DNA from: Nannocystis bainbridge
Lineage (GTDB): Bacteria; Myxococcota_A; Polyangia; Nannocystales; Nannocystaceae
NCBI RefSeq assembly: GCF_028368995.1
Contig: NZ_JAQNDL010000003.1
Coordinates: 2,144,001 to 2,208,000, forward strand
Direction of reading: 5' to 3'
DNA length: 64,000 nucleotides
Shown: one piece after another, positions 8,624-18,225 of the stretch
Numbering within the stretch: position 1 is the stretch's first letter
How the letters are laid out: every line of letters starts with the position of its first letter
Position numbers and translations under genes: made by a program
The notes under the pieces: generated by a model
What the model was told of the DNA's origin: nothing
Database searches by the model: none
Seen by the model: the letters and a program-made list of their open reading frames with translations, nothing else

Positions 8624-9883
8624 TCACTGGATGGTCTTCTTGCAGTCCTTGAGGTTGAATTCCACGCGGCGGTTGTTCGCGCGGCCATCGTTGGTCTTGT
8701 TGCTGTCGATCGGCTTCTCCTCGCCCCAACCGATCGGCTCGAGGCGGCCGGTGTCGATGCCCGCCTTGACCAGGTAGTCGCGCACGCTGTTGACGCGCTT
8801 CTGCGACAGGGTCTTGTTGTACTTGTCGGAGCCCTTGCTGTCCGTGTGGCCCTCGATGAAGATCTTGATGTCCGGGGCCGCGTTGAGCGTGTCCTTGACC
8901 TCGTCGAGCACCTTGAAGCTCTTCGGGTCGATGTCCCACTTGTTGAACTTGAAGTAGATCTTGTCGGACAGCTTGATCTGGCAGTTGTCGATCTTCAGGA
9001 CATCCGGGCAACCATCCTCGTCCTCGACGCCGTCGTAGTCCTCGGGGAGGTTGCGGCAGTCGACCTCGACGCCGTTCTCGGTCTTCTTGTCCTTGTTGAT
9101 CCACTGGTACGTCCCGTCGGGGTTGCGCACCAGCTCGGCCGCGTCGAGGACCTTGTCCTTGTCGTTGTCGACGTCGGGGCAGCCATCCTCGTCCTCGAAC
9201 CCGTCGAAGTCCTCGGGGTCGTTCGGGCACTTGTCGTTGACGTCGAGGATCGTGTCGCGGTCGTTGTCCGGATCGGGGCAGCCGTCCTCGTCCTCGAACC
9301 CGTCGACGTCCTCCGGCTCGTTGCGGCAGTCGATCGTGCGACCGCTCTCCGTCTTCTTGTCGTTGGTCGACCAGGTGTAGCTCTTGCGCGCCTCGTCCTT
9401 CGTCAGCTTGTCGGCGTCGAGGACCCCGTCCTTGTCGTTGTCCTTGTCGGGGCAGCCGTCGTCGTCCTCGAAGCTGTCGAAGTCCTCCGGATCGTCGGGG
9501 CACTTGTCGGCGATGTCGTCGTAGCCGTCCCAGTCGCGGTCGTTGGCGCCGACCGGCGGCCGGCTGACCACGTTCGGGTCCTTGCAGCGGACCGGGTCGG
9601 TCTTCTTGCGCGCGAGCTGGGTGTAGAGATCGGCCTTCTCGGCGTGATCCTTGCCGCGGTAGTACTCGCCCATCGTCAGCGCGTCGCGCGAGAAGCGGAT
9701 GTTCGCCTCGGCGATCGCCGTCTCCTTGGGCGCGCAGCCGATCGACTTCGAGCCGTCGGCGATCGCTCCTTGCAGCACCGTGTCGGTGCCCTGGACCTTG
9801 CCGAGCAGGCGCTCGCCGAGACACCCGAGCCCGACGAAGGAGCTCGCCATCGTGGCGACCACACAAACAGTAAGGCGGTTCAC
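8624..9883 (-). CDS. OmpA-family lipoprotein with DUF4398-like N-terminus and thrombospondin type 3 repeats
   Basis: Repeated DxDxDGxxDxxDKCPxxPEDxDxFEDxDGCPD; OmpA motifs IEGHTD, LSQKRVNSV, NRRVEF; GTG start overlaps the upstream stop (GTGA). Confidence 0.9.
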   Translation of the reverse strand: MNRLTVCVVATMASSFVGLGCLGERLLGKVQGTDTVLQGAIADGSKSIGCAPKETAIAEANIRFSRDALTMGEYYRGKDHAEKADLYTQLARKKTDPVRCKDPNVVSRPPVGANDRDWDGYDDIADKCPDDPEDFDSFEDDDGCPDKDNDKDGVLDADKLTKDEARKSYTWSTNDKKTESGRTIDCRNEPEDVDGFEDEDGCPDPDNDRDTILDVNDKCPNDPEDFDGFEDEDGCPDVDNDKDKVLDAAELVRNPDGTYQWINKDKKTENGVEVDCRNLPEDYDGVEDEDGCPDVLKIDNCQIKLSDKIYFKFNKWDIDPKSFKVLDEVKDTLNAAPDIKIFIEGHTDSKGSDKYNKTLSQKRVNSVRDYLVKAGIDTGRLEPIGWGEEKPIDSNKTNDGRANNRRVEFNLKDCKKTIQ

Positions 9884-10353
9884 TTGCCACCTCCGACCGA
9901 CACGCCGGCCTTGACCTCGCCCTTGGCACCGCCCGCTCCGGTGGAGCCGGTCGCCTTGGCGTCGCCGCTCGCCTTGCCGTCGGCAGGCGTCGTCGCGGCC
10001 GGAATCTCGTCGGGGGTCGCGACGCCCTCGGCGCGCTGGTCCATCTGCCCCTTGCGCCGCATCTCGGCCTTCTTCTTCGCCTCTTCGGCGAGCTGCTTGG
10101 CCCGCTCGCCGTAGTCGAACGAGCGCTCGTATTCGCTGTAGCCCATCAAGATCTTCGACTGCTCCAGGTAGGTCACCGAGCCCCAGTACTCGTAGGGGGC
10201 GTTCTCCTCGGCGCCGGCCGCCTCGGCGTCCGCCACCGCCCGGGTCGACTCCTTGGCCACCTTCTTGAGGTACCCAAAGGGTCCACAGCCCGCAGTACAC
10301 GCGGCCGCGACGACGATGGGGATCAGCTTGACGAATCGCGTTGTTCGCAGCAC
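9880..10353 (-). CDS. DUF4398-like small lipoprotein
   Basis: Lipobox TAGC; AEAAGAEENAPYEY helical pattern; GGAG upstream of the GTG; typical position upstream of an OmpA gene. Confidence 0.7.
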   Translation of the reverse strand: MLRTTRFVKLIPIVVAAACTAGCGPFGYLKKVAKESTRAVADAEAAGAEENAPYEYWGSVTYLEQSKILMGYSEYERSFDYGERAKQLAEEAKKKAEMRRKGQMDQRAEGVATPDEIPAATTPADGKASGDAKATGSTGAGGAKGEVKAGVSVGGGK

Positions 10354-10692
10354 CAGAAGGCTCCCTGGTTCGAGATCGTGGCAGGCGTCGTTGAAGGGGG
10401 TCGTAAGGGTCCGGCCCCAGGCCCGCGATGGGGCCGTCATGGAGCCGGGGTCTGCCCGAGCGGGCGCGACGACTGCCGAAATCGCCGCGACGATACCAGG
10501 GGCCGGCGCAAAGGGTCAACAAGCCGACCTCCGCGGTCACGACCCCGACAGAGCCGGCGTGAACGCCACTTCTGGCGCCTCCGGCCGTAGCGGCCGCGAC
10601 CGCGGAGTCCCAGCAAGCCGTGGGGAAAAGCCCTCCTGCCCCAACCGGTCACTCCTGGTTCTCCTGGTCGCTGGCGGGTACGCTGCACGCCG

Positions 10693-11607
10693 ATGTCGTC
10701 TCGCCGCGCAAGGCCGCCGTCCGCGCGCCTGGCCGTCTGCCTCGCCGGGATCGCGCTCGCAACGGGCCTCGCCTGCACCCGCGTCAGCGACACGCCGCGG
10801 TTCGAGCCGATCTCCGAGCGCCTCGAGATCCTCGAGACGATCCCCGGCCCGATGGCGGACGACGTACCTCCCGGGGCCCAGATCGACTTCTGCTTCTCCG
10901 GCACCCTCGACCCGCGGGCCCTCGACGACCTCGACGCCTCCCTGCGCTCCGGCCTCGTCACCTTCGACACCCAGCTCGACCTGCAGTTGTTCGCCTGGCG
11001 CCCGCCGGGCGAGAGCAGCGGCACCGCCGACGCCCCGTGGTGCCCCGGCAGCGTGGTGTCCCTGCGCGCCAAGGAGCCGCTGGTCCCGGGGGTCCTCCAC
11101 CGCGTCCGCCTCGCCCCCTCGGCGGTCGGCTGGGCCGGCGAGCAGCTCGACGTCACCACCCCCGGCTGGGTCGCCGACGACGGCGGCCCGCTGTTCATCC
11201 TGCAGTTCTACGTCCGCGAGCCCGAAGACGACGGCAAGACCGACCCGCCGGAGCCGGCGCCGACGCTGACCCAGCTGTTCGCCCCAGGCCAGGTGTTCGC
11301 CGCCAACAACCCCGCCTGCAGCTGCCACCGCGACCCGGACGCGCTGGCCTACGAGCGCCTCGACCTGTCGTCGCCGCAAGCCGCGTTCGCCGGGCTGGTC
11401 CTGCCGACCCGCCGCCAGTCGACCGGCTTCCCGATGGTCGTGCCCCGCCGCCCGTCGGAGAGCTTCCTCGTCCAGGTGCTCCTGCGCGACGACGACGGCC
11501 AGGCCCTGCACGGCGTGCGCGGCGACCCGATGCCCCCCGACGCGCCCCTGCCCTATCAGGAGATGCTGGCGATCGTGCGCTGGATCGAGGGCGGCGCGCT
11601 GCCCTGA
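10693..11607 (+). CDS. Lipoprotein with Ig-like domain and C-terminal cytochrome c-like domain
   Basis: Lipobox GLAC; ILETIPGPMADDVP Ig-like start; ACSCH...VVPRRPSESFL...MPP...IVRWIEGGA pattern. Confidence 0.6.
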   Translation: MSSRRARPPSARLAVCLAGIALATGLACTRVSDTPRFEPISERLEILETIPGPMADDVPPGAQIDFCFSGTLDPRALDDLDASLRSGLVTFDTQLDLQLFAWRPPGESSGTADAPWCPGSVVSLRAKEPLVPGVLHRVRLAPSAVGWAGEQLDVTTPGWVADDGGPLFILQFYVREPEDDGKTDPPEPAPTLTQLFAPGQVFAANNPACSCHRDPDALAYERLDLSSPQAAFAGLVLPTRRQSTGFPMVVPRRPSESFLVQVLLRDDDGQALHGVRGDPMPPDAPLPYQEMLAIVRWIEGGALP

Positions 11608-11689
11608 GCCGACCGGGCCGGAGGTCGAGCGCCGATCTCCGCGGCTCGAGCTCCGGCCATCCCCGCGGGGCCGACAGCCCGGCCCGCGC

Positions 11690-12049
11690 TCACGGCACCT
11701 TGCCGCCCGGGTACTCCGGCTGCTCGAGCTCCCGCAGGGTCGTCAGCATGCCCTGCAGCCGCTTGGCCCGCTCGCGCGCCTGCTCGCGCGAGCGCTCGAA
11801 GTCGAGGTCCTTGAGGCCGAGCGCCGAGGCCCGGTCGTACAGCGCCAGCGCTTCTTCCTGGCCCTTGAGGCAGGTCTGGATCTGGTCGCCGGAGATCACG
11901 TTCTGGCCGATCTGTTGATCGAACACCAGTTTGCACGGGCCCCGCTCGGCCTCGCCTTCGGCCTTCATCCCTTGCGCGTACACCTCGCGGGCGGACTCGC
12001 CGCAGCCGAGGAGAAGGACCAACCAGAGCCCGAACGACAGCCGCGGCAT
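11690..12049 (-). CDS. Small hypothetical lipoprotein
   Basis: LLGC lipobox; helical, TPR-like; coding-like codon usage. Confidence 0.7.
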   Translation of the reverse strand: MPRLSFGLWLVLLLGCGESAREVYAQGMKAEGEAERGPCKLVFDQQIGQNVISGDQIQTCLKGQEEALALYDRASALGLKDLDFERSREQARERAKRLQGMLTTLRELEQPEYPGGKVP

Positions 12050-12402
12050 GCCTCCACCCTAACCGCTTCTCGCGGCCCGGGCGAGCGAGCCGCGCCAGAG
12101 AGAGGGGTCCCGGCCCTCGCGCTCCTGCCGTCCCGACTCTGGCCCTCGTCGCCCCTCCGAGCGCGAACCGTCCCGACCCTCGCGTTTATCTGCGAGCACG
12201 ACCTCGCGCGATCTTCTGCAACCTGTGCAACCTGCCCCCCACGGCCGGGCGAGGCGCCGCTGCGAATCCGGTCCCTTCCTTCTGTCTGTCCTGCGAGCCG
12301 CTCGCGCGAGACCCGGCGTCCAACAGCGTCCCACGTGAGCCAAGCCCCGCGCCGCCCGCGCTCCGCGCCCTCGTGTGCATGCTAGCTTCGCGGCCGGTCG
12401 CC

Positions 12403-13401
12403 ATGCGCCTCCTGCGGCAGCCCACGCCCCTTCCTCCTGGCACCGCAGCGTGCATCGGCGCCTTCGACGGCCTCCACCTCGGCCACCAGGCGCTCCTTCG
12501 CCGCGCCGCTGCCCTGGCCCCGCGGATCGCCCTCGTCACCTTCGACCCGCACCCCGCCCAGGTCCTCGCGCCCGAGCGGGCCCCGCCGCGCCTGCAGACC
12601 CTGGCCCAGCGGGCCCGCGTCGCCGCCGCGCTCGGGGTCGACAGCCTCGTCGTCCTGCCCTTCACCCGCGCCCTCGCCGACACCGCCCCTGACGCCTTCG
12701 TCGAGCGCCTCCTGCTCGCCGGCCTGCGCCCGGCCGCCGTCGTCGTCGGCCCCGATTTCCGCTTCGGCTCCGGCCGCGCCGGCGGCCCCGCCGACCTGCG
12801 CCGCCTGCTCGGCCCTGCCGGCGTCGAGGTCGAAGTCGTCACCGAGGTCAGCCTCCCCACCGATCCATCCCAGGCCAAGCTCGGCAGCTCCGGCATCCGG
12901 CGCGCCGTCGAGCGCGGCGACCTGCCCGCCGCCGCCGCCATGCTCGGCCGCGCCTACAGCGTCGAGGGCCCGGTCGTCTCCGGCGCTCGCCGCGGCCGCG
13001 ACCTCGGCTTCCCGACCGCCAACGTCGCCGTCCGCAACCCGCTGCTGCCCCCGCCGGGCGTCTACGCCGGCGCGCTCGCGCTCGTCGCCCCCGATCCCGA
13101 TGCCGGCACCGTCTGGCCCGCCGTCATGAACCTGGGTCAAAACCCAACCTTCGGCCCTGACAGCCCCCAGACTCTCGAGGTCCACGCGCTCGACGTCGAC
13201 CTCGGCCAGTCGCTCTACGACCGCCCGGTCGAGGTCGCCTTCGCCGCCCGCCTGCGCCCCGAGGAGCGGTTCCCCTCCGCGACCGCTCTGGTCGCCCAGA
13301 TCGCCCGCGACATCGAGGTCGCCCGCCCCCTCCTCACCGCGGACTGGCTGGCCCACGCGGTCCTCGGCGCCGCCTCCACCTGGGACGACGACCATGTCTG
13401 A
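12403..13401 (+). CDS. ribF: Bifunctional riboflavin kinase/FAD synthetase
   Basis: IGAFDGLHLGHQ, TFDPHP, GPDFRFG, GRDLGFPTAN, EVH, RLRPEERF. Confidence 0.95.
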   Translation: MRLLRQPTPLPPGTAACIGAFDGLHLGHQALLRRAAALAPRIALVTFDPHPAQVLAPERAPPRLQTLAQRARVAAALGVDSLVVLPFTRALADTAPDAFVERLLLAGLRPAAVVVGPDFRFGSGRAGGPADLRRLLGPAGVEVEVVTEVSLPTDPSQAKLGSSGIRRAVERGDLPAAAAMLGRAYSVEGPVVSGARRGRDLGFPTANVAVRNPLLPPPGVYAGALALVAPDPDAGTVWPAVMNLGQNPTFGPDSPQTLEVHALDVDLGQSLYDRPVEVAFAARLRPEERFPSATALVAQIARDIEVARPLLTADWLAHAVLGAASTWDDDHV

Positions 13402-13867
13402 AGCGCCCGCCCTCGTCAGCGCCACGCTCGCCCAGCTGTACATGCAGCAGGACCACCTCGAGCAGGCCCGCCGCGTCATCCAGCGGGTGCTCGCCGCCGA
13501 TCCGCTGCACGGCCACGCCCTCGTGCTCGCCGACCGCCTGGCCAACCGCTCGCGCGCCCGGCTCTACGCCGCCTTTCAGCCCGGCAGCGGCGTCGTCGTC
13601 CGCTGGCACGATGCCCCGCCCGAGCCCGCGCTGCACCTGATCCTGGCCGTCTTCCGCGCGGTCCCGGCCTTCCCCGGCCGCACCAGCACCCAGGTCACCT
13701 CGATCCGCTGCCGCGCCGAGGCCGGCGAGCACACCTTCCCGATCGCCGGCGGCCCGCGCCCCAGCCCCGCCAGCGCCAGCCTGTGCCTGGCCCGCCTGGC
13801 CCCCGACGGCCTCCAGCTGCTCGCCGTCCACGAAGCGATCTCCTGGCCCACCCCCACGGGCCCGTAG
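13394..13867 (+). CDS. Hypothetical protein with N-terminal TPR-like helix pair
   Basis: TLAQLYMQQDHLEQARRVIQRVLAADP; overlaps the ribF stop. Confidence 0.65.
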   Translation: MSEAPALVSATLAQLYMQQDHLEQARRVIQRVLAADPLHGHALVLADRLANRSRARLYAAFQPGSGVVVRWHDAPPEPALHLILAVFRAVPAFPGRTSTQVTSIRCRAEAGEHTFPIAGGPRPSPASASLCLARLAPDGLQLLAVHEAISWPTPTGP

Positions 13868-14064
13868 CTGCCGATTCAGGCGGTCGCTACGCCTGCTCGC
13901 CCGCGAGGTCCGGGCTCACTGGCACGATCGACCTTACGCCCCGTCTCCTCCCGTCCCCGATCGGCCTGCACCGTGGCGGCGCGCACGGATGACCGGCGCA
14001 CCGGCCTCGTGCGCGCCCGCAGACGCGCGCGCGCCTGGGCGCCTGTGCTAGTGTCCGCCCGCTC

Positions 14065-14961
14065 ATGTTCCGCGGAGCCCTCACCGCCCTGATCACTCCC
14101 ATGCGGCCCGCGGCCGGCGGCGCCTCCGAGCTCGACGAGCCCGCCCTGGTCGCCCTCGTCGAGGCCCAGATCGCCGCGGGGATCCACGGTCTCGTGCCGT
14201 GCGGCACCACCGGCGAGGCCAGCACCTTGAGCGCTGCCGAGCACCTCCGCGTCGTCGAGCTCGTCGTCAAGACCGCGCGGCGGCGCGTCCCCGTGCTCGC
14301 CGGCGCCGGCGGCAACGACACCGCCAGGGCCGTCGAGCTCGCGCGCGCCTGCAAGGCTGCCGGGGCTGACGGCACGCTGCAGGTCACTCCTTACTACAAC
14401 AGGCCGACCCAGGCCGGCCTCGTCGCCCACTTCCGCGCCATCGCCGAGGCCAGCGACCTCCCGGTCGTCGTCTACAACGTGCCCGGGCGGACCGGCTGCG
14501 ATCTGCTGCCCGAGACCGTCGCCGAGCTGGCCCGCGACCCGAAGATCGTCGGCATCAAAGAGGCCACCGGCGACATGAACCGGGCCGCCCGCCTGCGTGA
14601 GCTGCTGCCCGGGCGCCGCGACTTCGCCCTGCTCTCCGGCGACGACTTCACCGTCCTGCCCTTCCTCGCGCTCGGCGGTCACGGCGTCATCTCCGTCACC
14701 TCCAACGTCGCCCCGCAGTGGGTCGCCGGTCTGTGCGACGCCGCCGCGGCCGGCCGCTGGGACGACGCCCGCGCCCTGCACGACCGCCACTACCCGCTGG
14801 CCCGCGCCCTCTTCAGCCAGCCCAACCCGATCCCCGTCAAGGCCGCCGTCGCCCTCCAGGGCCGCTGCACCGGCGACCTCCGCCTCCCGCTCCTCCCGCT
14901 CGATCGCCAGGGCCGCGAGGGCCTGGCCGACACCTTGCGCACCCTCGGTCTTCTGTCCTAG
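14065..14961 (+). CDS. dapA: 4-hydroxy-tetrahydrodipicolinate synthase
   Basis: GTTGE, TPYYNRPTQ, YNVPGRTG, GIKEATG, SGDD, PNPIPVK. Confidence 0.97.
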   Translation: MFRGALTALITPMRPAAGGASELDEPALVALVEAQIAAGIHGLVPCGTTGEASTLSAAEHLRVVELVVKTARRRVPVLAGAGGNDTARAVELARACKAAGADGTLQVTPYYNRPTQAGLVAHFRAIAEASDLPVVVYNVPGRTGCDLLPETVAELARDPKIVGIKEATGDMNRAARLRELLPGRRDFALLSGDDFTVLPFLALGGHGVISVTSNVAPQWVAGLCDAAAAGRWDDARALHDRHYPLARALFSQPNPIPVKAAVALQGRCTGDLRLPLLPLDRQGREGLADTLRTLGLLS

Positions 14962-14991
14962 AAGACAGGTCCCAAAGGCCAGCCACCGATT

Positions 14992-15816
14992 ATGACGACC
15001 GAACGCCTCGTCCCCATCAGCATCGTCGGCGCCCGCGGGCGCATGGGCAAGACCCTCATCCGCGAGATCGTGCTCAGCGACAGCATGATCCTCGAGGCGG
15101 CCGTCGACCGTGAAGGCGGCGCCGGGCTCGGGCAGGACGCCGGCCGGCTCGCCGGGCTGCACGACATCGGCGTGACCGTGGTCGACGAGCTGCGGCCGCG
15201 GCGCAACAGCGTCGTCGTCGACTTCTCGCTCGCCCCCGCGACCGACGCCAACATCCGCCGCTGCGTCGAGGCCGGCGTGCCGCTGGTGCTCGGCACCACC
15301 GGCCTGCAAAAGTCCACCCGCGAGCTGCTGCGCGGCGCCTCCCGCGAGATCGCCATCGTCAGCGCCGCCAACTTCAGCGTCGGCGTGACCCTGCTGACCA
15401 AGATCGCCGGCCTCGTCGCTGGCTCGCTCGGCGAGAGCTGGGACGCCGAGCTGCTCGAGATCCACCACAGCCACAAGCGCGACGCCCCCTCGGGGACCGC
15501 CCTGCGGATCGCCAAGGCCGTGGCCAAGGCGACCGGCCGCGACCTCGAGGGTGTCATGCGCACCGACCGGGCCGGAGAGAACGCCCGCCCGCGCGAGCGC
15601 GGCGAGATCGGCGTGGCCGCGGTCCGCGGCGGCGACTCGATCGGCGAGCACACCCTCATGTTCCTCGCCGACGGCGAGCGGCTCGAGCTGACCCACCGAG
15701 CCTTTGACCGGGCCATCTTCGCCCGCGGCGCCCTGCGGGCCGCCCGATGGGTCGCCGGCCGAGCGCCGGGCCTCTACAGCATGGCCGACGTCATCGGCCT
15801 CGGCGACCTGGGCTGA
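14992..15816 (+). CDS. dapB: 4-hydroxy-tetrahydrodipicolinate reductase
   Basis: GARGRMG, GTTG, NFSVGV, EIHHSHKRDAPSGTA, FARGALRAA. Confidence 0.97.
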   Translation: MTTERLVPISIVGARGRMGKTLIREIVLSDSMILEAAVDREGGAGLGQDAGRLAGLHDIGVTVVDELRPRRNSVVVDFSLAPATDANIRRCVEAGVPLVLGTTGLQKSTRELLRGASREIAIVSAANFSVGVTLLTKIAGLVAGSLGESWDAELLEIHHSHKRDAPSGTALRIAKAVAKATGRDLEGVMRTDRAGENARPRERGEIGVAAVRGGDSIGEHTLMFLADGERLELTHRAFDRAIFARGALRAARWVAGRAPGLYSMADVIGLGDLG

Positions 15817-16199
15817 TGCGCCGGCAGTTCGACCTCGAGCTGGTGCGGCGCAGCAGCACCGGCGGCGGCGAGACCGCGACCTTCGCCGTCGAGGTCCCGG
15901 CCGACCTGCTCTATTTCGCCGGACATTTCCCCGGCGAGCCGGTGCTGCCCGGCGTGGCCCAGTTGGTCGCCCTGGTGCTCGACCGGGTGCGGGCGCTGTG
16001 GCCCGAGCTCGGCGAGCCGACGCGGGTCGGCAGGCTCAAATTCAAGCAGCCGATCGCCCCCGGCGACGCGCTCGAGCTCACCGTCGAGCTCGAGCGCGGC
16101 GAGGCGGCCCCGCGGGTGCATTTCCAGATCGATCGCAAAGGTCAGGCCTGCACCGTCGGGGTCATGACCTTTGCCACGGCGGGCGAATCGCAGGGTTGA
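15816..16199 (+). CDS. FabZ/ApeI-like hotdog dehydratase
   Basis: FAGHFPGEPVLPGVAQ and KFKQPIAPGD; ATG overlaps the dapB stop (TGATG). Confidence 0.85.
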   Translation: MRRQFDLELVRRSSTGGGETATFAVEVPADLLYFAGHFPGEPVLPGVAQLVALVLDRVRALWPELGEPTRVGRLKFKQPIAPGDALELTVELERGEAAPRVHFQIDRKGQACTVGVMTFATAGESQG

Positions 16200-16245
16200 G
16201 CGCCGGCGCCGTCCATCGGCTATGTCATCACCTCCCGGAGGTCAT

Positions 16246-17844
16246 GTGGAAGCAGTTCGAACCGTCGACGTCGCCGTGCTGGGCGGCGGCCTCGCAGGCA
16301 ATCTGATCGCCCGCCAGCTCCGCCGCCAGGTCCCGGGCCTCTCGGTCGCGGTGTTCGAGAAGAGCACCGAGGGCTCGTTCAAGGTCGGCGAGTCCTCCGT
16401 CGAGATCGCCGGCAACTTCCTGACCCGCCGGCTCGGCCTGACCTCGTACCTCTACCAGCACCAGCTGCCGAAGAACGGCCTCCGCTTCTTCTTCGACACC
16501 CCCGAGAAGAACGCCGAGCTCCACGACATGACCGAGCTCGGCAGCCGCCACCTGCTGCGCTTGCCGTCGTTCCAGCTCGACCGCGCCCGCCTCGAGAACG
16601 ACCTCCTGCGCATGAACGGGGACGCCGGGGTCGACATCCACCTCGGCGCCAAGGCCCACGACCTCGCGCTCGCCGAGGGCGCCGAGGGCGGGCCGGCGAT
16701 GCACGAGTTCACCGTCACCGAGGGCGAGCAGCAGACCCGCTGGCGCTGCAAGTGGCTGATCGACGCCAGCGGCCGGGCCAGCCTGGTCGCCCGCGCCAAG
16801 GAGCTGCGCGTCCCGACCGAGCTGCCCGTCAGCGCCGTCTGGGGCCGGTTCCGCGGCTACGCCGACATGGACGACATGGGCCCGCCCGCGTGGCGCGACC
16901 GCGTCCAGAACACCGCCCGCTTCCTCAGCACCAATCACTTCTGCTACCCCGGCTACTGGATCTGGTTCATCCCGTTGGGCCAGGAGGTCATGAGCGTCGG
17001 CTGGGTCGGCGAGAAGGCCCAGTTCAGCGACGCGTGGCGCAAGCCCGAGGGCTTCCTCGAGTTCCTCAAGGGCCACAAGGCCGTGTGGGACCTGCTGCGC
17101 GGCGGCCAGGCCGAGCTCGTCGACATCCTCTCGTACAAGCAGCTCGCCTACGGCACCAAGCGGTTCTTCCGCGGCGAGGACCGGTGGTTCCTGCTCGGCG
17201 AGGCCGCCGCCTTCACCGACCCCTTCTACAGCCCGGGCAGCGACTTCATCTCGATCGAGAGCGACTACATCGTCGACATGATCGCCCGCGACGCCGCCGG
17301 CGAGAGCCGCGCCGACATCGCCGAGCGCTCGGACACCTACGACGAGTTCATGCAGTTCCGGTTCGCCGCCACCGTGCTGCTGTACCGCGACCTCTACTCG
17401 GTGCTCGGCAGCTACGAGCTGCTCAAGCTCAAGTGGGACTTCGACATCGCCTGCTACTACAACCTGTGGGCGGCGCCGTTCTTCACCGACCAGCACCTCG
17501 ACCTGCGCTACTTGAAGGCCGAGCTGCGGCGCAAAGAGTTCGTCCTCCTGGGGCTCGAGAATTTCGCCCGCTTCTTCAAGCAGATCGAGGGCGAGATGCA
17601 CGCGCGCGGCGGCTACTACCGCAAGAACCTCGGTCAGTATTGCTACCAGCTCGACTTGGTCGACTTCATGGATGACATGTTCGCGCCGCGGCCGCGGCGG
17701 CAGGTGATGCGCACCACAGAGGCGATCTTCAACGGCACCCGCGACCGCGGCCTCGCCATCTTGCAGGACCTGGGGGTCGTACCGACGCGAGACGCCCCCG
17801 CCCTGCCCCTTTACGAGTTCATGCTCCAAGAGCCCCTCGCCTGA
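16246..17844 (+). CDS. Flavin-dependent halogenase-family oxidoreductase
   Basis: GGGLAG FAD-binding motif, KVGES, PKNGLRF, IDASGR, WIWFIP (WxWxIP), GEAAAFTDPFYSPG; GGAGG upstream of GTG 16246. Confidence 0.85.
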   Translation: MEAVRTVDVAVLGGGLAGNLIARQLRRQVPGLSVAVFEKSTEGSFKVGESSVEIAGNFLTRRLGLTSYLYQHQLPKNGLRFFFDTPEKNAELHDMTELGSRHLLRLPSFQLDRARLENDLLRMNGDAGVDIHLGAKAHDLALAEGAEGGPAMHEFTVTEGEQQTRWRCKWLIDASGRASLVARAKELRVPTELPVSAVWGRFRGYADMDDMGPPAWRDRVQNTARFLSTNHFCYPGYWIWFIPLGQEVMSVGWVGEKAQFSDAWRKPEGFLEFLKGHKAVWDLLRGGQAELVDILSYKQLAYGTKRFFRGEDRWFLLGEAAAFTDPFYSPGSDFISIESDYIVDMIARDAAGESRADIAERSDTYDEFMQFRFAATVLLYRDLYSVLGSYELLKLKWDFDIACYYNLWAAPFFTDQHLDLRYLKAELRRKEFVLLGLENFARFFKQIEGEMHARGGYYRKNLGQYCYQLDLVDFMDDMFAPRPRRQVMRTTEAIFNGTRDRGLAILQDLGVVPTRDAPALPLYEFMLQEPLA

Positions 17845-17948
17845 GCCGACCGGGTCGGGCCCTGCGGGACCCGAAGCGGCCGGCCGAGCCCCCGGGCGAG
17901 CTTTACCTCCCCGGGCCCTGCAAGTACCATTCGCCGAACGACCCCAGC

Positions 17949-18218
17949 ATGACGCGCGCGGAAATCTACAATCGGATCGTCGGGATCCTCGTCAAGAGCT
18001 TCGAGCTCGACCCGAACGACATCCGCCCCGAATCCCGGCTCTTCGAGGACCTCGACCTCGACAGCATCGACGCCATCGACATGTTCGTCGAGCTCCACGA
18101 GGTCACCGGCCGCCGGATCGACGTCCAGGTCGCGCGGAAGATCCGCACCGTCGAGGACATCGTCAAGCTCGTCGAGTCCGAGCTCGCCAGCGCCAACGTG
18201 CCCAAAAACCAGGAGTGA
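17949..18218 (+). CDS. Acyl carrier protein
   Basis: LFEDLDLDSIDAID phosphopantetheine motif; IRTVEDIV. Confidence 0.93.
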   Translation: MTRAEIYNRIVGILVKSFELDPNDIRPESRLFEDLDLDSIDAIDMFVELHEVTGRRIDVQVARKIRTVEDIVKLVESELASANVPKNQE

Positions 18219-18225
18219 CGGGCCC

